This document shows positions 48,485 to 57,506 of a stretch of 64,000 nt of DNA, piece by piece. The position numbers were made by a program, and so were the translations under genes. Source of the stretch: an uncultured Clostridia bacterium. GTDB lineage: Bacteria > Bacillota > DTU014. Numbering within the stretch: the stretch's first letter is position 1; every line of letters begins with the position of its first letter. A model generated the notes under the pieces. That model was not told the origin of the DNA and did no database searches. It saw only the letters and a list, made by a program, of their open reading frames with translations. Location: positions 45,304-109,303 of the forward strand of contig FIZI01000016.1 in NCBI GenBank assembly GCA_900016865.1. Direction: 5' to 3'.

Positions 48485-50251
48485 ATGCGGGTAATCGCTC
48501 GTGTCTATTCGGACTATGTCAGACGCTCGTGGCCGCTTCTTGCCATCGCCGTCTTGCTCGTTGTATGTGAGACGGTCATGAACGTGTACATGCCGCAGCT
48601 GTCCAAGGCCATGGTCGATGCCGCAGTCGGCACAGATGGGGTCGAGGCTGCCAGCCGGGTCTTGCTGTGGAAATCTTTGGTGTATACAGTGCTTGGCCTG
48701 ATCCGGTCTGTTGTCATCTTTTTTGAGATCTACCTCTTTGAGAGAGTCGCAGAGAACGTCTCGCTGAATGTCAGGCATGATCTTTACGACAAAGTCCAGA
48801 ATCTGAGTTTCGCTTTTCACAACAGATCACGCACAGGCGACTTAATGTCAAGGATGACAAGTGATGTGTACGCAGTGCGAGACATGTGTGGTTTTGGCGT
48901 CTCGATGCTGGCTTATGATGTGTTCATCATTGTTTCTGTTGTTGGCTGGATGATAGCGTACAACCCTGTTTATGCCTTGGCATCTCTGTTCTCCATGCCT
49001 CTCTTGGCGGTGTTCGCCATTAGGTACTCGGGCCGCTCAGGCCCGGTGTTTCGGTCTATCCAGGACCAGGTTGCGAGCATGACAGCTGCTGTACAGGAGA
49101 GTGTGTCCGGTATTCGTGTAGTGAAGGCGTTTGCTCAGGAGGATCAGGAGCGCGACAGGTTTGGCAAAGCGAACGACGCCGTGCTAAGAGACAATCTCAA
49201 GGCCGCGAAGATCAATGCGTTCTACCACCCGGCGATGGATTTCTGCGCCTCTCTGGGAACTGTGGGAGTCATATGGTGTGGAGGGCGCCTCTACGCTCAA
49301 GGAGCACTGACCGCCGGCGACATCACTGCCTTCTTGAGCTATTTGTGGATGTTGATTTGGCCTGTCCGTCAGATTGCAGCGATCATAAGGATTGCACAGC
49401 GCGGAATAGCAGGCGGGCAAAGGGTGTTTGAGATTCTCGATGCACGCGATCAGATAGCAAACAGGTCAGATGCAGAGCAGATCGCAGAAGTTGCCGGGCA
49501 TGTGCAGTTTTGCGATGTCGATTTCAGTTACGACTCAGAAGAAAAGGTGCTCGACGGCTTCTCTCTAGATATTCCGCCTGGATCTACAGTAGGGATCTTG
49601 GGTACAACGGGATCTGGCAAGAGCACAATCGGAGCACTGATACCAAGGTTTCACGACGTAGACTCCGGAGCAATACTCATTGACGGCAAGGACATCCGAG
49701 ACCTGGACATCCACTCGCTGCGCAGGCAAGTCGGGATCGTGCCCCAGGATACGTTTTTGTTCTCCACTTCGATACGTGAGAACATAGCTTACTATCAGCC
49801 TGACATAGAACTGGAGAGGGTGATCGCCGCTGCCAAGGCCGCCCAGATCCACGACTTTATCGAGTCGCTTCCTCAAGGCTACGATACAGTTGTTGGAGAG
49901 CGTGGCGTGGGCCTTTCTGGAGGACAGCGGCAGCGGGTAGCCATAGCCAGAGCTCTCGTCATGGACCCAAAGATACTCATTCTCGATGATTCTACTGCGA
50001 GTGTAGACGCTGAGACTGAGAGTATGATTCAGGAGTCTCTCAGAGAGATCGCGAAAGGCAGGACCACGATAATCATATCCCAGAAGGTATCCAGCGTCAG
50101 GTATGCCGACAGAATAGTGGTCTTGCGCAACGGGAAGATCATCGAACAGGGCACGCACGCAGAGCTCTACGCACTCGGCGGGTTTTACCGGCAGCTCTGT
50201 GATGCACAGGCGATGCCTTTGCAGCCTGCCCGCGAGGGGGTGGAGATCTAG
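48485..50251 (+). CDS. Heterodimeric ABC exporter subunit (TMD-NBD)
   Basis: GTTGSGKST, LSGGQRQR, degenerate DDSTAS Walker B. Confidence 0.9.
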   Translation: MRVIARVYSDYVRRSWPLLAIAVLLVVCETVMNVYMPQLSKAMVDAAVGTDGVEAASRVLLWKSLVYTVLGLIRSVVIFFEIYLFERVAENVSLNVRHDLYDKVQNLSFAFHNRSRTGDLMSRMTSDVYAVRDMCGFGVSMLAYDVFIIVSVVGWMIAYNPVYALASLFSMPLLAVFAIRYSGRSGPVFRSIQDQVASMTAAVQESVSGIRVVKAFAQEDQERDRFGKANDAVLRDNLKAAKINAFYHPAMDFCASLGTVGVIWCGGRLYAQGALTAGDITAFLSYLWMLIWPVRQIAAIIRIAQRGIAGGQRVFEILDARDQIANRSDAEQIAEVAGHVQFCDVDFSYDSEEKVLDGFSLDIPPGSTVGILGTTGSGKSTIGALIPRFHDVDSGAILIDGKDIRDLDIHSLRRQVGIVPQDTFLFSTSIRENIAYYQPDIELERVIAAAKAAQIHDFIESLPQGYDTVVGERGVGLSGGQRQRVAIARALVMDPKILILDDSTASVDAETESMIQESLREIAKGRTTIIISQKVSSVRYADRIVVLRNGKIIEQGTHAELYALGGFYRQLCDAQAMPLQPAREGVEI

Positions 50252-52035
50252 TGGCTTATCAGCAGGAAGAAACAACTGAGAAAAGATTCGATCCGCAGAT
50301 TGCCCGCAGGATACTCAGCTATCTAAGGCCGTGTGTCAAACAGCTGGCCCTCTCAGTCGTCCTGGTGCTCGTTGGATCTCTGATCTCACTGATAGGGCCT
50401 CTAGTGACGCGCTCGGCAGTCGATGATTACATAATGGTAGGAGATATGACGGGCCTCAACATCCTTGTACTCGCGTGGCTCGGCATACTGTGTGCCAACT
50501 GGTTCGTCTCGTATTGGCGCATGTACACGATGTCGTGGATAGGCCAGACTGTGGTTCATTCGATAAGGAAAGAGCTGTTTGACCATCTCATGAAGCTTTC
50601 GTTCGACTACTACGACAAAGTGCCTGTTGGAAAGACTATCACCAGGTTCACTAGCGACGTCGATTCACTAAACGAACTACTGACCGGCGGTGTAGTCACA
50701 CTGGTCAGTGAGAGTGCAGTCTTGATTGGAATCATGGGCATCATGCTGAGCCTGGACACTAGACTAGCATTGCTCTGCTTTACGGTAATCCCTGTGCTGG
50801 TCTATCTGACGACCGGCTTCAGAGCCAAGATAGTCAGTGCAGAGAGGGATGAGAGAAGCAAGACTTCAGAAATGAACGCCTATCTGCAGGAGAATATCTC
50901 AGGTGTTCGGGTAGTCCAGGCGTTTTGTAGAGAGGGACTGAATCTCAAGCGGTTTGATAAAATCAGCAGGGCGGTCTTTGACGCTGCGATGAGGGTAGTG
51001 TATCTGTTCTCGTATTTCTGGCCCTTTGTCGATATGACGGCAGTGGTTGGGACTGTTGTGGTGTTGTGGTACGGCGGACTCCAGGTGGCACACGGGACAC
51101 TGTCCTTGGGCACCCTAGTTGCTTTTATCGCGTACGTCGGCCAGTTTTTCGGCCCCATACGAAATCTCAGTCAGATATACCGCATGGTGCAGCGGGCGAT
51201 GGCTGGAGGAGAACGCATATTCCGCTTGCTTGATACTGAGATATCGATCAAAGACAAGCCTGATGCCATAGAGTTGCCGCCAATCAAGGGTGCTGTCGAG
51301 TTTAAGGATGTGTACTTCGCGTACGAGGGCGATGATCATGTGATCAAGGGACTTAACCTCAGTGTGAGGCCCGGAGAGACAATAGCTATTGTCGGCCAGA
51401 CTGGTGCAGGAAAGACATCGATCATCAACCTGCTCTCGCGTCTCTATGACGTGAATGCGGGTAGCATTCTTGTAGACGGCTACGATATAAGGAACGTGAC
51501 CTTGGCGTCACTCAGAAGGCAGGTCGCCGTAGTGCTGCAAGAACCCTTCTTGTTCGCAGGCAGCATCAAGGATAACCTCCGATACGGAAGGCCCGAGGCC
51601 ACAGACGGTGAGATATATGAGGTTTGCAGGCAACTGGGAATAGACGATTTCATACGGAAGCTTCCGAAAGGATACGACACCGAGGTGGGAGAACGCGGCT
51701 CGAAGCTGTCGTCTGGGCAACGCCAGTTGGTGTCGTTCGCCCGGGCTTTGCTCGCTAGGCCGGCGATTCTGGTGTTGGATGAGGCTACTGCCAGTGTTGA
51801 TACGTACACCGAGCGACTGATACAGGAGGCTCTTCGCGAGCTTCTAAAGGGAAGAACATCCTTTGTCATAGCTCACAGGCTTTCGACCATACAGGAAGCA
51901 AACCGTATAATAGTGATCGACGACGGAAACGTTGTCGAAGAGGGAACTCACGAGCAGCTCATTCGAGCAAGGGGCAGGTACTATCATCTATACATGATGC
52001 AGTTCTCTAGCATGGCAAGCAGGGAGGTATCCTAA
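50251..52035 (+). CDS. Heterodimeric ABC exporter subunit (TMD-NBD)
   Basis: GQTGAGKT, LSSGQRQL, DEATAS, AHRLST. Confidence 0.9.
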   Translation: MAYQQEETTEKRFDPQIARRILSYLRPCVKQLALSVVLVLVGSLISLIGPLVTRSAVDDYIMVGDMTGLNILVLAWLGILCANWFVSYWRMYTMSWIGQTVVHSIRKELFDHLMKLSFDYYDKVPVGKTITRFTSDVDSLNELLTGGVVTLVSESAVLIGIMGIMLSLDTRLALLCFTVIPVLVYLTTGFRAKIVSAERDERSKTSEMNAYLQENISGVRVVQAFCREGLNLKRFDKISRAVFDAAMRVVYLFSYFWPFVDMTAVVGTVVVLWYGGLQVAHGTLSLGTLVAFIAYVGQFFGPIRNLSQIYRMVQRAMAGGERIFRLLDTEISIKDKPDAIELPPIKGAVEFKDVYFAYEGDDHVIKGLNLSVRPGETIAIVGQTGAGKTSIINLLSRLYDVNAGSILVDGYDIRNVTLASLRRQVAVVLQEPFLFAGSIKDNLRYGRPEATDGEIYEVCRQLGIDDFIRKLPKGYDTEVGERGSKLSSGQRQLVSFARALLARPAILVLDEATASVDTYTERLIQEALRELLKGRTSFVIAHRLSTIQEANRIIVIDDGNVVEEGTHEQLIRARGRYYHLYMMQFSSMASREVS

Positions 52036-52077
52036 CGTCAACGACACATCTATGGATTGGGACTGGGAGGTGTTGGA

Positions 52078-53766
52078 GTGGACAAGCGGGCTTCAGTAAC
52101 AGTGCGATTTAACGACGGAAGGACCCGAGTGGTCGAGGTCGGGTCCGCTTTGATGGATGTGGTGAAGGACGCACATACAGTCTCGGGGCTGACACCTCTG
52201 GCTGCGAGGTTGGACAATACAATCCGCAGTCTGCATGCGACCGTCGAGTCCGACGCGCTGGTTGAGCCTATAGACCTCTCTTCTGAAGACGGAGAACGCG
52301 TCTATTGGCGCAGCCTCACTGTTGTGATGGCCAGGGCTGTCCGTCAGTTGAGGCCTGAGGCAGACTTAAGAGTTGAGCACTCACTCAACCACGGCATATA
52401 TTGTGAGCTCGTCGATAGAGAGGGGGCTGTTCTGTCTGTTACCGACAGGGATGTTCGTTCTATCGCCTCTGCGATGAGAGAGCTGATCGAAGCGGACGAA
52501 CCGTTCACCCCTCTAGAGACTACTGCATCAGAGGCAGCTAGGTTGCTGCGCCAACATGGCCACGCAGACAAGGCCGACTTGATTGCATCCGGCCTTAAAC
52601 CTTCTGCCAAGGTTCGCCTGTTCCAATACGGCGGCGATGTAGACTGCTATTATGGGGACTTAGTACCGTCTACCGGCTATCTCAAGCAGTTCTCGCTCAG
52701 ATACTACCTGCCAGGGATGATCTTGCTATATCCCCGGAGGTATGATCCACATCACCTGCCCAAGTTCGAAGAGCAAAGAAAGCTGTCCAGGGTTTTCTAC
52801 AGATCGAGTGTGTTGGGACGCACGATGGGCGTCACAGACATAAGGTCGTTGAACAGGGCGATAGAAGAGGGACGAATCTGTGACTTGGTTGCTCTCAACG
52901 AGGCGGTCCATGAGCGCGACATCGCCCGGATAGCGGATGAGATAGCAGCAAATCGAGATCAGATTGGGTTGGTGCTCATAGCAGGACCTTCCTCCTCGGG
53001 CAAGACGACGTTTGCACAGCGGCTGTCCCTGCACCTCAGGTTGAACGGCATCGCACCTCATCCTATCTCGATGGACGACTACTTCGTTGAGAGAAGCCAG
53101 ACGCCAAAGGATGAGAGCGGCCAGCCGGATTTTGAGTCTATCTATGCAATCGACCTCGATTTGTTCAACGAGCAGCTGTCCAGGCTGATGACAGGTGATG
53201 AGGTGTCACTGCCGACGTTCAACTTCCAGACCGGCGAGCGCGAGTACAGGGGGCGTAAGCTCAGGCTCACCGAAAACAGCCTGCTCGTTGTTGAGGGGAT
53301 ACACGGCCTCAATGATGAGTTGACTTCTGCGATCCCCAGAGAGCGCAAGTACAGGATATATGTCAGCGCATTGACTCAACTCAATGTGGATGTCAACACC
53401 AGGATCCAGACGACTGACACGAGGCTGATCCGTAGGATCGTGCGCGATAGCGTCTCACGCGGTCACTCCGCCAGTCGCACCCTGGAACTCTGGGACGCGG
53501 TTAGGAGAGGGGAGCAGAGGAATATATTCCCGTATCAGGAGCAGGCAGACGTGATGTTTGACTCGGCTCTTGCTTACGAGCTCGCAGTACTGAGGCCGTT
53601 GATTGAGCCTCTTCTCAAGGCGATTCCTCGTGAAGACAGAGGGTATGCCCAGGCAGAACGCCTTCTTTCGTTCATACAGCTGGTCAGGCCAATGACGGAT
53701 ACGTCGTCCATACCCCCGACGTCAATACTCAGAGAGTTCGTCGGAGGCAGTTGCTTTGCCGTCTGA
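52078..53766 (+). CDS. Nucleoside (uridine) kinase with a ThrRS N-terminal-like domain
   Basis: N-terminal TGS/ThrRS-editing-like region; AGPSSSGKTT, EGIHGLN, RRIVRD, LREFVGGS. Confidence 0.85.
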   Translation: MDKRASVTVRFNDGRTRVVEVGSALMDVVKDAHTVSGLTPLAARLDNTIRSLHATVESDALVEPIDLSSEDGERVYWRSLTVVMARAVRQLRPEADLRVEHSLNHGIYCELVDREGAVLSVTDRDVRSIASAMRELIEADEPFTPLETTASEAARLLRQHGHADKADLIASGLKPSAKVRLFQYGGDVDCYYGDLVPSTGYLKQFSLRYYLPGMILLYPRRYDPHHLPKFEEQRKLSRVFYRSSVLGRTMGVTDIRSLNRAIEEGRICDLVALNEAVHERDIARIADEIAANRDQIGLVLIAGPSSSGKTTFAQRLSLHLRLNGIAPHPISMDDYFVERSQTPKDESGQPDFESIYAIDLDLFNEQLSRLMTGDEVSLPTFNFQTGEREYRGRKLRLTENSLLVVEGIHGLNDELTSAIPRERKYRIYVSALTQLNVDVNTRIQTTDTRLIRRIVRDSVSRGHSASRTLELWDAVRRGEQRNIFPYQEQADVMFDSALAYELAVLRPLIEPLLKAIPREDRGYAQAERLLSFIQLVRPMTDTSSIPPTSILREFVGGSCFAV

Positions 53767-53804
53767 CCTGTGCTATATTGTATTGCGCAGCTCTCGACTG
53801 AGGG

Positions 53805-54272
53805 ATGGATATGGCACTGCAATCAGATATGGATGAGACCTTTATGCTCAGCGCACTTGAGCAAGCTGAAAGATCGGCTGCAATGGGAGAGGTTCCGGTA
53901 GGGGCAGTGATAGTCAAAGACGGGAGAATCATTGCCGTCGGGTGCAACATGAAGGAGACAACCAACGATCCAACGGCTCATGCAGAGATCCAGGCGATTC
54001 GGGCTGCTGCAAAAGCGCTGCAGAGCTGGCGGTTGCTCGATACGACGATGTATGTTACACTAGAGCCGTGCGTGATGTGTTGCGGAGCCCTGGTCCATGC
54101 CAGAGTCAGGCGGCTTGTGTATGGAGCACCGGACCCCAAGTCAGGCGCAGTGGATTCGTTGTTTAACATCGTCACAGACGAGAGACTGAACCACAGGCTC
54201 GAGGTTAGGGGAGGGGTCCTAGCGCAGCGGTGTGGAGACTTGCTGAGAGAGTTTTTCCGCAACAAGAGATAG
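53805..54272 (+). CDS. tadA: tRNA adenosine(34) deaminase
   Basis: EVPVGA, DPTAHAEI, TLEPCVMC, DPKSGA. Confidence 0.95.
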   Translation: MDMALQSDMDETFMLSALEQAERSAAMGEVPVGAVIVKDGRIIAVGCNMKETTNDPTAHAEIQAIRAAAKALQSWRLLDTTMYVTLEPCVMCCGALVHARVRRLVYGAPDPKSGAVDSLFNIVTDERLNHRLEVRGGVLAQRCGDLLREFFRNKR

Positions 54273-54334
54273 GCAAGCCGCAAGAGCGGCTGGTTGAACA
54301 CGCGAAAACACAGCCATATATGGCGTGTATATAC

Positions 54335-54424
54335 GGAGAGATGGCTGAGTTGGTCGAAAGCGCTCGACTCGAAATCGAGTAGGCGGTTCCCGCCTCCTGG
54401 GTTCGAATCCCAGTCTCTCCGCCA
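54335..54424 (+). tRNA. tRNA-Ser(CGA)
   Basis: GGAGAGA/TCTCTCC, CTCGA-CTCGAAA-TCGAG, long variable arm, GTTCGAATC, CCA. Confidence 0.96.
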
Positions 54425-54428
54425 GATA

Positions 54429-54464
54429 GAGCAGGGGTTCTGTCGATGACGACAGAACCCCTGC
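54429..54464 (+). repeat. 14-bp stem-loop, copy 1 (tRNA terminator)
   Basis: GCAGGGGTTCTGTC-GATGAC-GACAGAACCCCTGC. Confidence 0.75.
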
Positions 54465-54611
54465 TTCGTTTCGCGTAGCCGGCGCTTCTTTGGCGCGTCA
54501 TTAACTGTGTTTGCAACAAGGACCAGCTCCCCTTTAGAGAGAATATGCCAGCAGGACATATGCTAGTTCGTGTAACCCACTAGCATCGTGCTAAAGGAGG
54601 CCGATATCGGC

Positions 54612-54854
54612 ATGATAGCACTCTTGGGCATAGGTAGGTGACGGAAAGAGGGGCTGCTGAGGACGACACTGCTGTGGCTGGCAGTGTCAGCTGCGTTGCT
54701 ATGCGCCATTCCGCCGGTGCGAGCTCTGGGTGCCGTTTCCTTTTGTGGTCTATACCGGATGGGACGTGAGGCATGTGACGGCGGTGGCGGGGCAGTAGGC
54801 GGACTAGCTAGGTTGAGCAGGGGCTTTGTCAATAGCGACAGAGCCCCTGCGTAG
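54612..54854 (+). pseudogene. Possible remnant of a secreted-protein gene
   Basis: SigH-like promoter 54519-54544, AAAGGAGG RBS, ATG 54612, in-frame TGA 54639, then signal-peptide-like RKEGLLRTTLLWLAVSAALLCAIPPVRA. Confidence 0.3.
54815..54850 (+). repeat. 14-bp stem-loop, copy 2 (30/36 identical to 54429-54464)
   Basis: GCAGGGGCTTTGTC-AATAGC-GACAGAGCCCCTGC. Confidence 0.7.
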
Positions 54855-54992
54855 CGTCTGCCTGTAGTGCGACTCAATTGGTTGAGGCGAAAGGGCGGGA
54901 GCCACAAATCGATTCGCGGAGTTCGAATCCGGCCAAGCGAATCCCGCATCTAGGGCTCGAAGTATAGACTCATTCTGTCTCTGAGTAGAAGG

Positions 54993-55415
54993 CTATTGGA
55001 TGTCGATGGGTGTTTGATACTCACCCTCGCTATCTTGTGGCTGGGCAGGGACGTACTTCAGTACTCCAACCACAAGGCCAATGGACGCGATTAAGAACAG
55101 GTAGGCGCCGCTTGCGGCCATGTTGACCGTCTCACCGAAGAGCTCCACTGACTTGTCGGCTATGTAGGCGAACGTAAACACGACCGATGCGATTGCGCAT
55201 GCCAAGCCCCAACCTCGCCTGATTTGCCTGTTTTGAAGTAGCATAAGCACCGGGTAGATCCATAACACCAGAAGCAAGAAGGCCTGCTGAGTAAGGCCGC
55301 TCTGCGAAGCTATGCCTATGTCCACCCAATCCATGAACATAGATATAACCGCTGCGCACGCCGACGCGAATATGATCTTTCCTCCACTGTTCCAATAGTT
55401 CCAATCGATTTTCAC
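54993..55415 (-). CDS. Hypothetical membrane protein (about 4 TM)
   Basis: Hydrophobic segments; RBS GGGGAGG; SigH-like promoter at 55501-55526 (-). Confidence 0.7.
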   Translation of the reverse strand: MKIDWNYWNSGGKIIFASACAAVISMFMDWVDIGIASQSGLTQQAFLLLVLWIYPVLMLLQNRQIRRGWGLACAIASVVFTFAYIADKSVELFGETVNMAASGAYLFLIASIGLVVGVLKYVPAQPQDSEGEYQTPIDIQ

Positions 55416-55758
55416 TGCTCATCCTCCCCTATGTCTGGATGCATGTAGGCGGTTAGGCAAGTGCTGCGCTCGCTCAGGCAGTTGCCAACCGACTTCACGT
55501 ATTCTGAGGGGAGCAACTGAAATCCTGCCGTAACTATTTTCGTTCAGCAATGAATCGGTCGTCTCTGAGCACAGGCAGCAGAGACACATCCATGCATGAA
55601 GGAAAGAACTTGATCTAGAACGGGCTAAGTAGGATAATCAAACAGGACCAATTGAACAGCCGAGTCACGGACCCTGTTTGCAGACTACTTGCGAAAACCG
55701 CACCTGACTGGTAGCGACTTGGGCCGGTACGACGCTGATCGACGAAAGGGGTGCCAAC

Positions 55759-56832
55759 ATGTGCATGACCATCTGGCGTAAGACAGCAAGCCCGGCTCTG
55801 CTGATGTTGATCTGTCTGGCGTTCTTGTTTGCCACCTCAGAGGCCGTGACACTAGCCGACGAACAGCAGATTGAGAGCAATCGATTGGCTTACGATGCCC
55901 TGCGAAGGGCGGTGCTAGAGTCCTACTCTTACCGCGACAGGCTGGAGCTGGATTGGGAGGCCTTGTTTGACGCTCATCGAGACTCCTTGCTGTCGGCTTC
56001 GTCCAATCGAGCTTTCGCAATCCAAGCGGCCAAGCTGCTCTCTAATGCCAAAGATCCACATATGTGGCTCGTTGTAGATGGCAATGTCGTGGCAACCTAC
56101 AGCAGGCCTGCTCATGTCAACGTTGCATTGCCAACGCTCGTGAAGATCCTTGGGCCGGGTCAAATCGTTCAGTGGTCAGGCGGTGTAATCAGTAGCCGGA
56201 TTGGAGACGTAGGGTACATCCTCATCGCATCATGGGTTGATAACCCTACAACCGATCCTTTGAAGGCGATAGACGCGCTCAGGTCGCTATCCGGTTTGCC
56301 TGCGTTGATCATTGATGTCAGAGTCAACTCCGGTGGCAATGAGTTCTTGGCCCAACAGTTCGCTGGGTGCTTCGCAGACACAGCTGTACCATACGCGCAG
56401 GCGGCAATCAACGACCCCGCTGACCCGAAGACAGGATGGTTTGGCAAGATCGTCACTAGGACCCTGGAGCCAAATACCTCAGGCCCGGCGTACAGAGGCA
56501 AGGTGTTCGTGTTGACCGGAAACGGTGTTATGAGCAGTTGCGAAGGGTTTCTCCTGATGATGCGGGCGACAGGAGCGACGCTTGTAGGTGATACCTCTGC
56601 TGGCAGCTCGGGAAACCCACAGCCATACCCTCTTGGCAACGGGGTTGAAGTATACGTCCCCTCGTGGCAGGACATGGACATGAACGGTGTGGTGCTTGAA
56701 GGCAGGGGAATCGACCCGGATGTCTTCGTGTACACCGAACCAGGCGACTTCGCCGAAAGAGATCCTGTGTTGGAGGAAGCATTGCGCCTGGCCAAGGAAG
56801 CCATAAAGGGCTTGACCGATGGGGACAGTTAG
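55759..56832 (+). CDS. S41 family peptidase, exported
   Basis: Signal peptide; IIDVRVNSGG, SSCE catalytic Ser, G..SAG, GIDPD. Confidence 0.85.
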   Translation: MCMTIWRKTASPALLMLICLAFLFATSEAVTLADEQQIESNRLAYDALRRAVLESYSYRDRLELDWEALFDAHRDSLLSASSNRAFAIQAAKLLSNAKDPHMWLVVDGNVVATYSRPAHVNVALPTLVKILGPGQIVQWSGGVISSRIGDVGYILIASWVDNPTTDPLKAIDALRSLSGLPALIIDVRVNSGGNEFLAQQFAGCFADTAVPYAQAAINDPADPKTGWFGKIVTRTLEPNTSGPAYRGKVFVLTGNGVMSSCEGFLLMMRATGATLVGDTSAGSSGNPQPYPLGNGVEVYVPSWQDMDMNGVVLEGRGIDPDVFVYTEPGDFAERDPVLEEALRLAKEAIKGLTDGDS

Positions 56833-56937
56833 GGACATTGACGCCACCAGTTCGGTTGTGATCTTGGATGAACTTCTGTATGATTAAGAGTGAGACTGAT
56901 CTAGGATACAGAGGCATACCGAAGGGATAAGCGTGCA

Positions 56938-57477
56938 ATGAGGCTGTTTTACGCGATCGGGCTGTGGGGGTTGCTAGATCTTACCCACTTAAGGGAAACC
57001 TTAGACGATCTCCCGCAGCTCAGATGGGTGGCTCCGGAGAGAGTCCACATCACCCTCAGTTTCCTGGGGGAAGTCAGCGCAGATGTGTGCAAGGACGCTG
57101 CTGAAACACTTAAGGACGTAGCTGCCAATTACGCTCCCTTTACGCTCAAGTGGCAAGGAGTGGGTTCATTCCCGCTTGGCAGGCCGCCTCGCGTGCTCTG
57201 GGTGGGACTTGATGACTTGTCAGCTCGACAAGTCATTCGTATGTCCAAAGATCTCGGCAATAGACGGCCAGCACCGCATGTGACAGTAGCCAGAGTGAAA
57301 GGAGTTCTCCCTGACGAGGCTGTAGAGCGTTGGCAGACGGTCGAGTGTGCTTGGCCGCAAGTGCGAGTTACCCAGATACAGCTAGTAGAGAGCAAGCTTA
57401 CTCCCACTGGCCCTATTTACACTATCGTTGCATCAGAGAAGCTGAGGGCAAGAGGATCATGCCCACATACTTACTAG
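56938..57477 (+). CDS. thpR: RNA 2',3'-cyclic phosphodiesterase (2H phosphoesterase)
   Basis: RLF.AI, HITLSFLG and PHVTVAR 2H motifs, S.LTPTGPIY. Confidence 0.88.
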   Translation: MRLFYAIGLWGLLDLTHLRETLDDLPQLRWVAPERVHITLSFLGEVSADVCKDAAETLKDVAANYAPFTLKWQGVGSFPLGRPPRVLWVGLDDLSARQVIRMSKDLGNRRPAPHVTVARVKGVLPDEAVERWQTVECAWPQVRVTQIQLVESKLTPTGPIYTIVASEKLRARGSCPHTY

Positions 57478-57506
57478 ATTAACCCGAATCTGAGAGGAGA
57501 CTAGTA

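Noticed and set aside
53978..54559. 193-aa minus-strand ORF
   Set aside because: Antisense to tadA and tRNA-Ser(CGA).
54639..54641. Selenocysteine readthrough of the in-frame TGA
   Set aside because: The codon lies in a signal-peptide-like region with no redox motif or clear SECIS; a nonsense mutation is more likely.
54429..54850. CRISPR array (36-nt palindromic repeat)
   Set aside because: Only two diverged copies 386 nt apart, no spacer periodicity and no cas genes.
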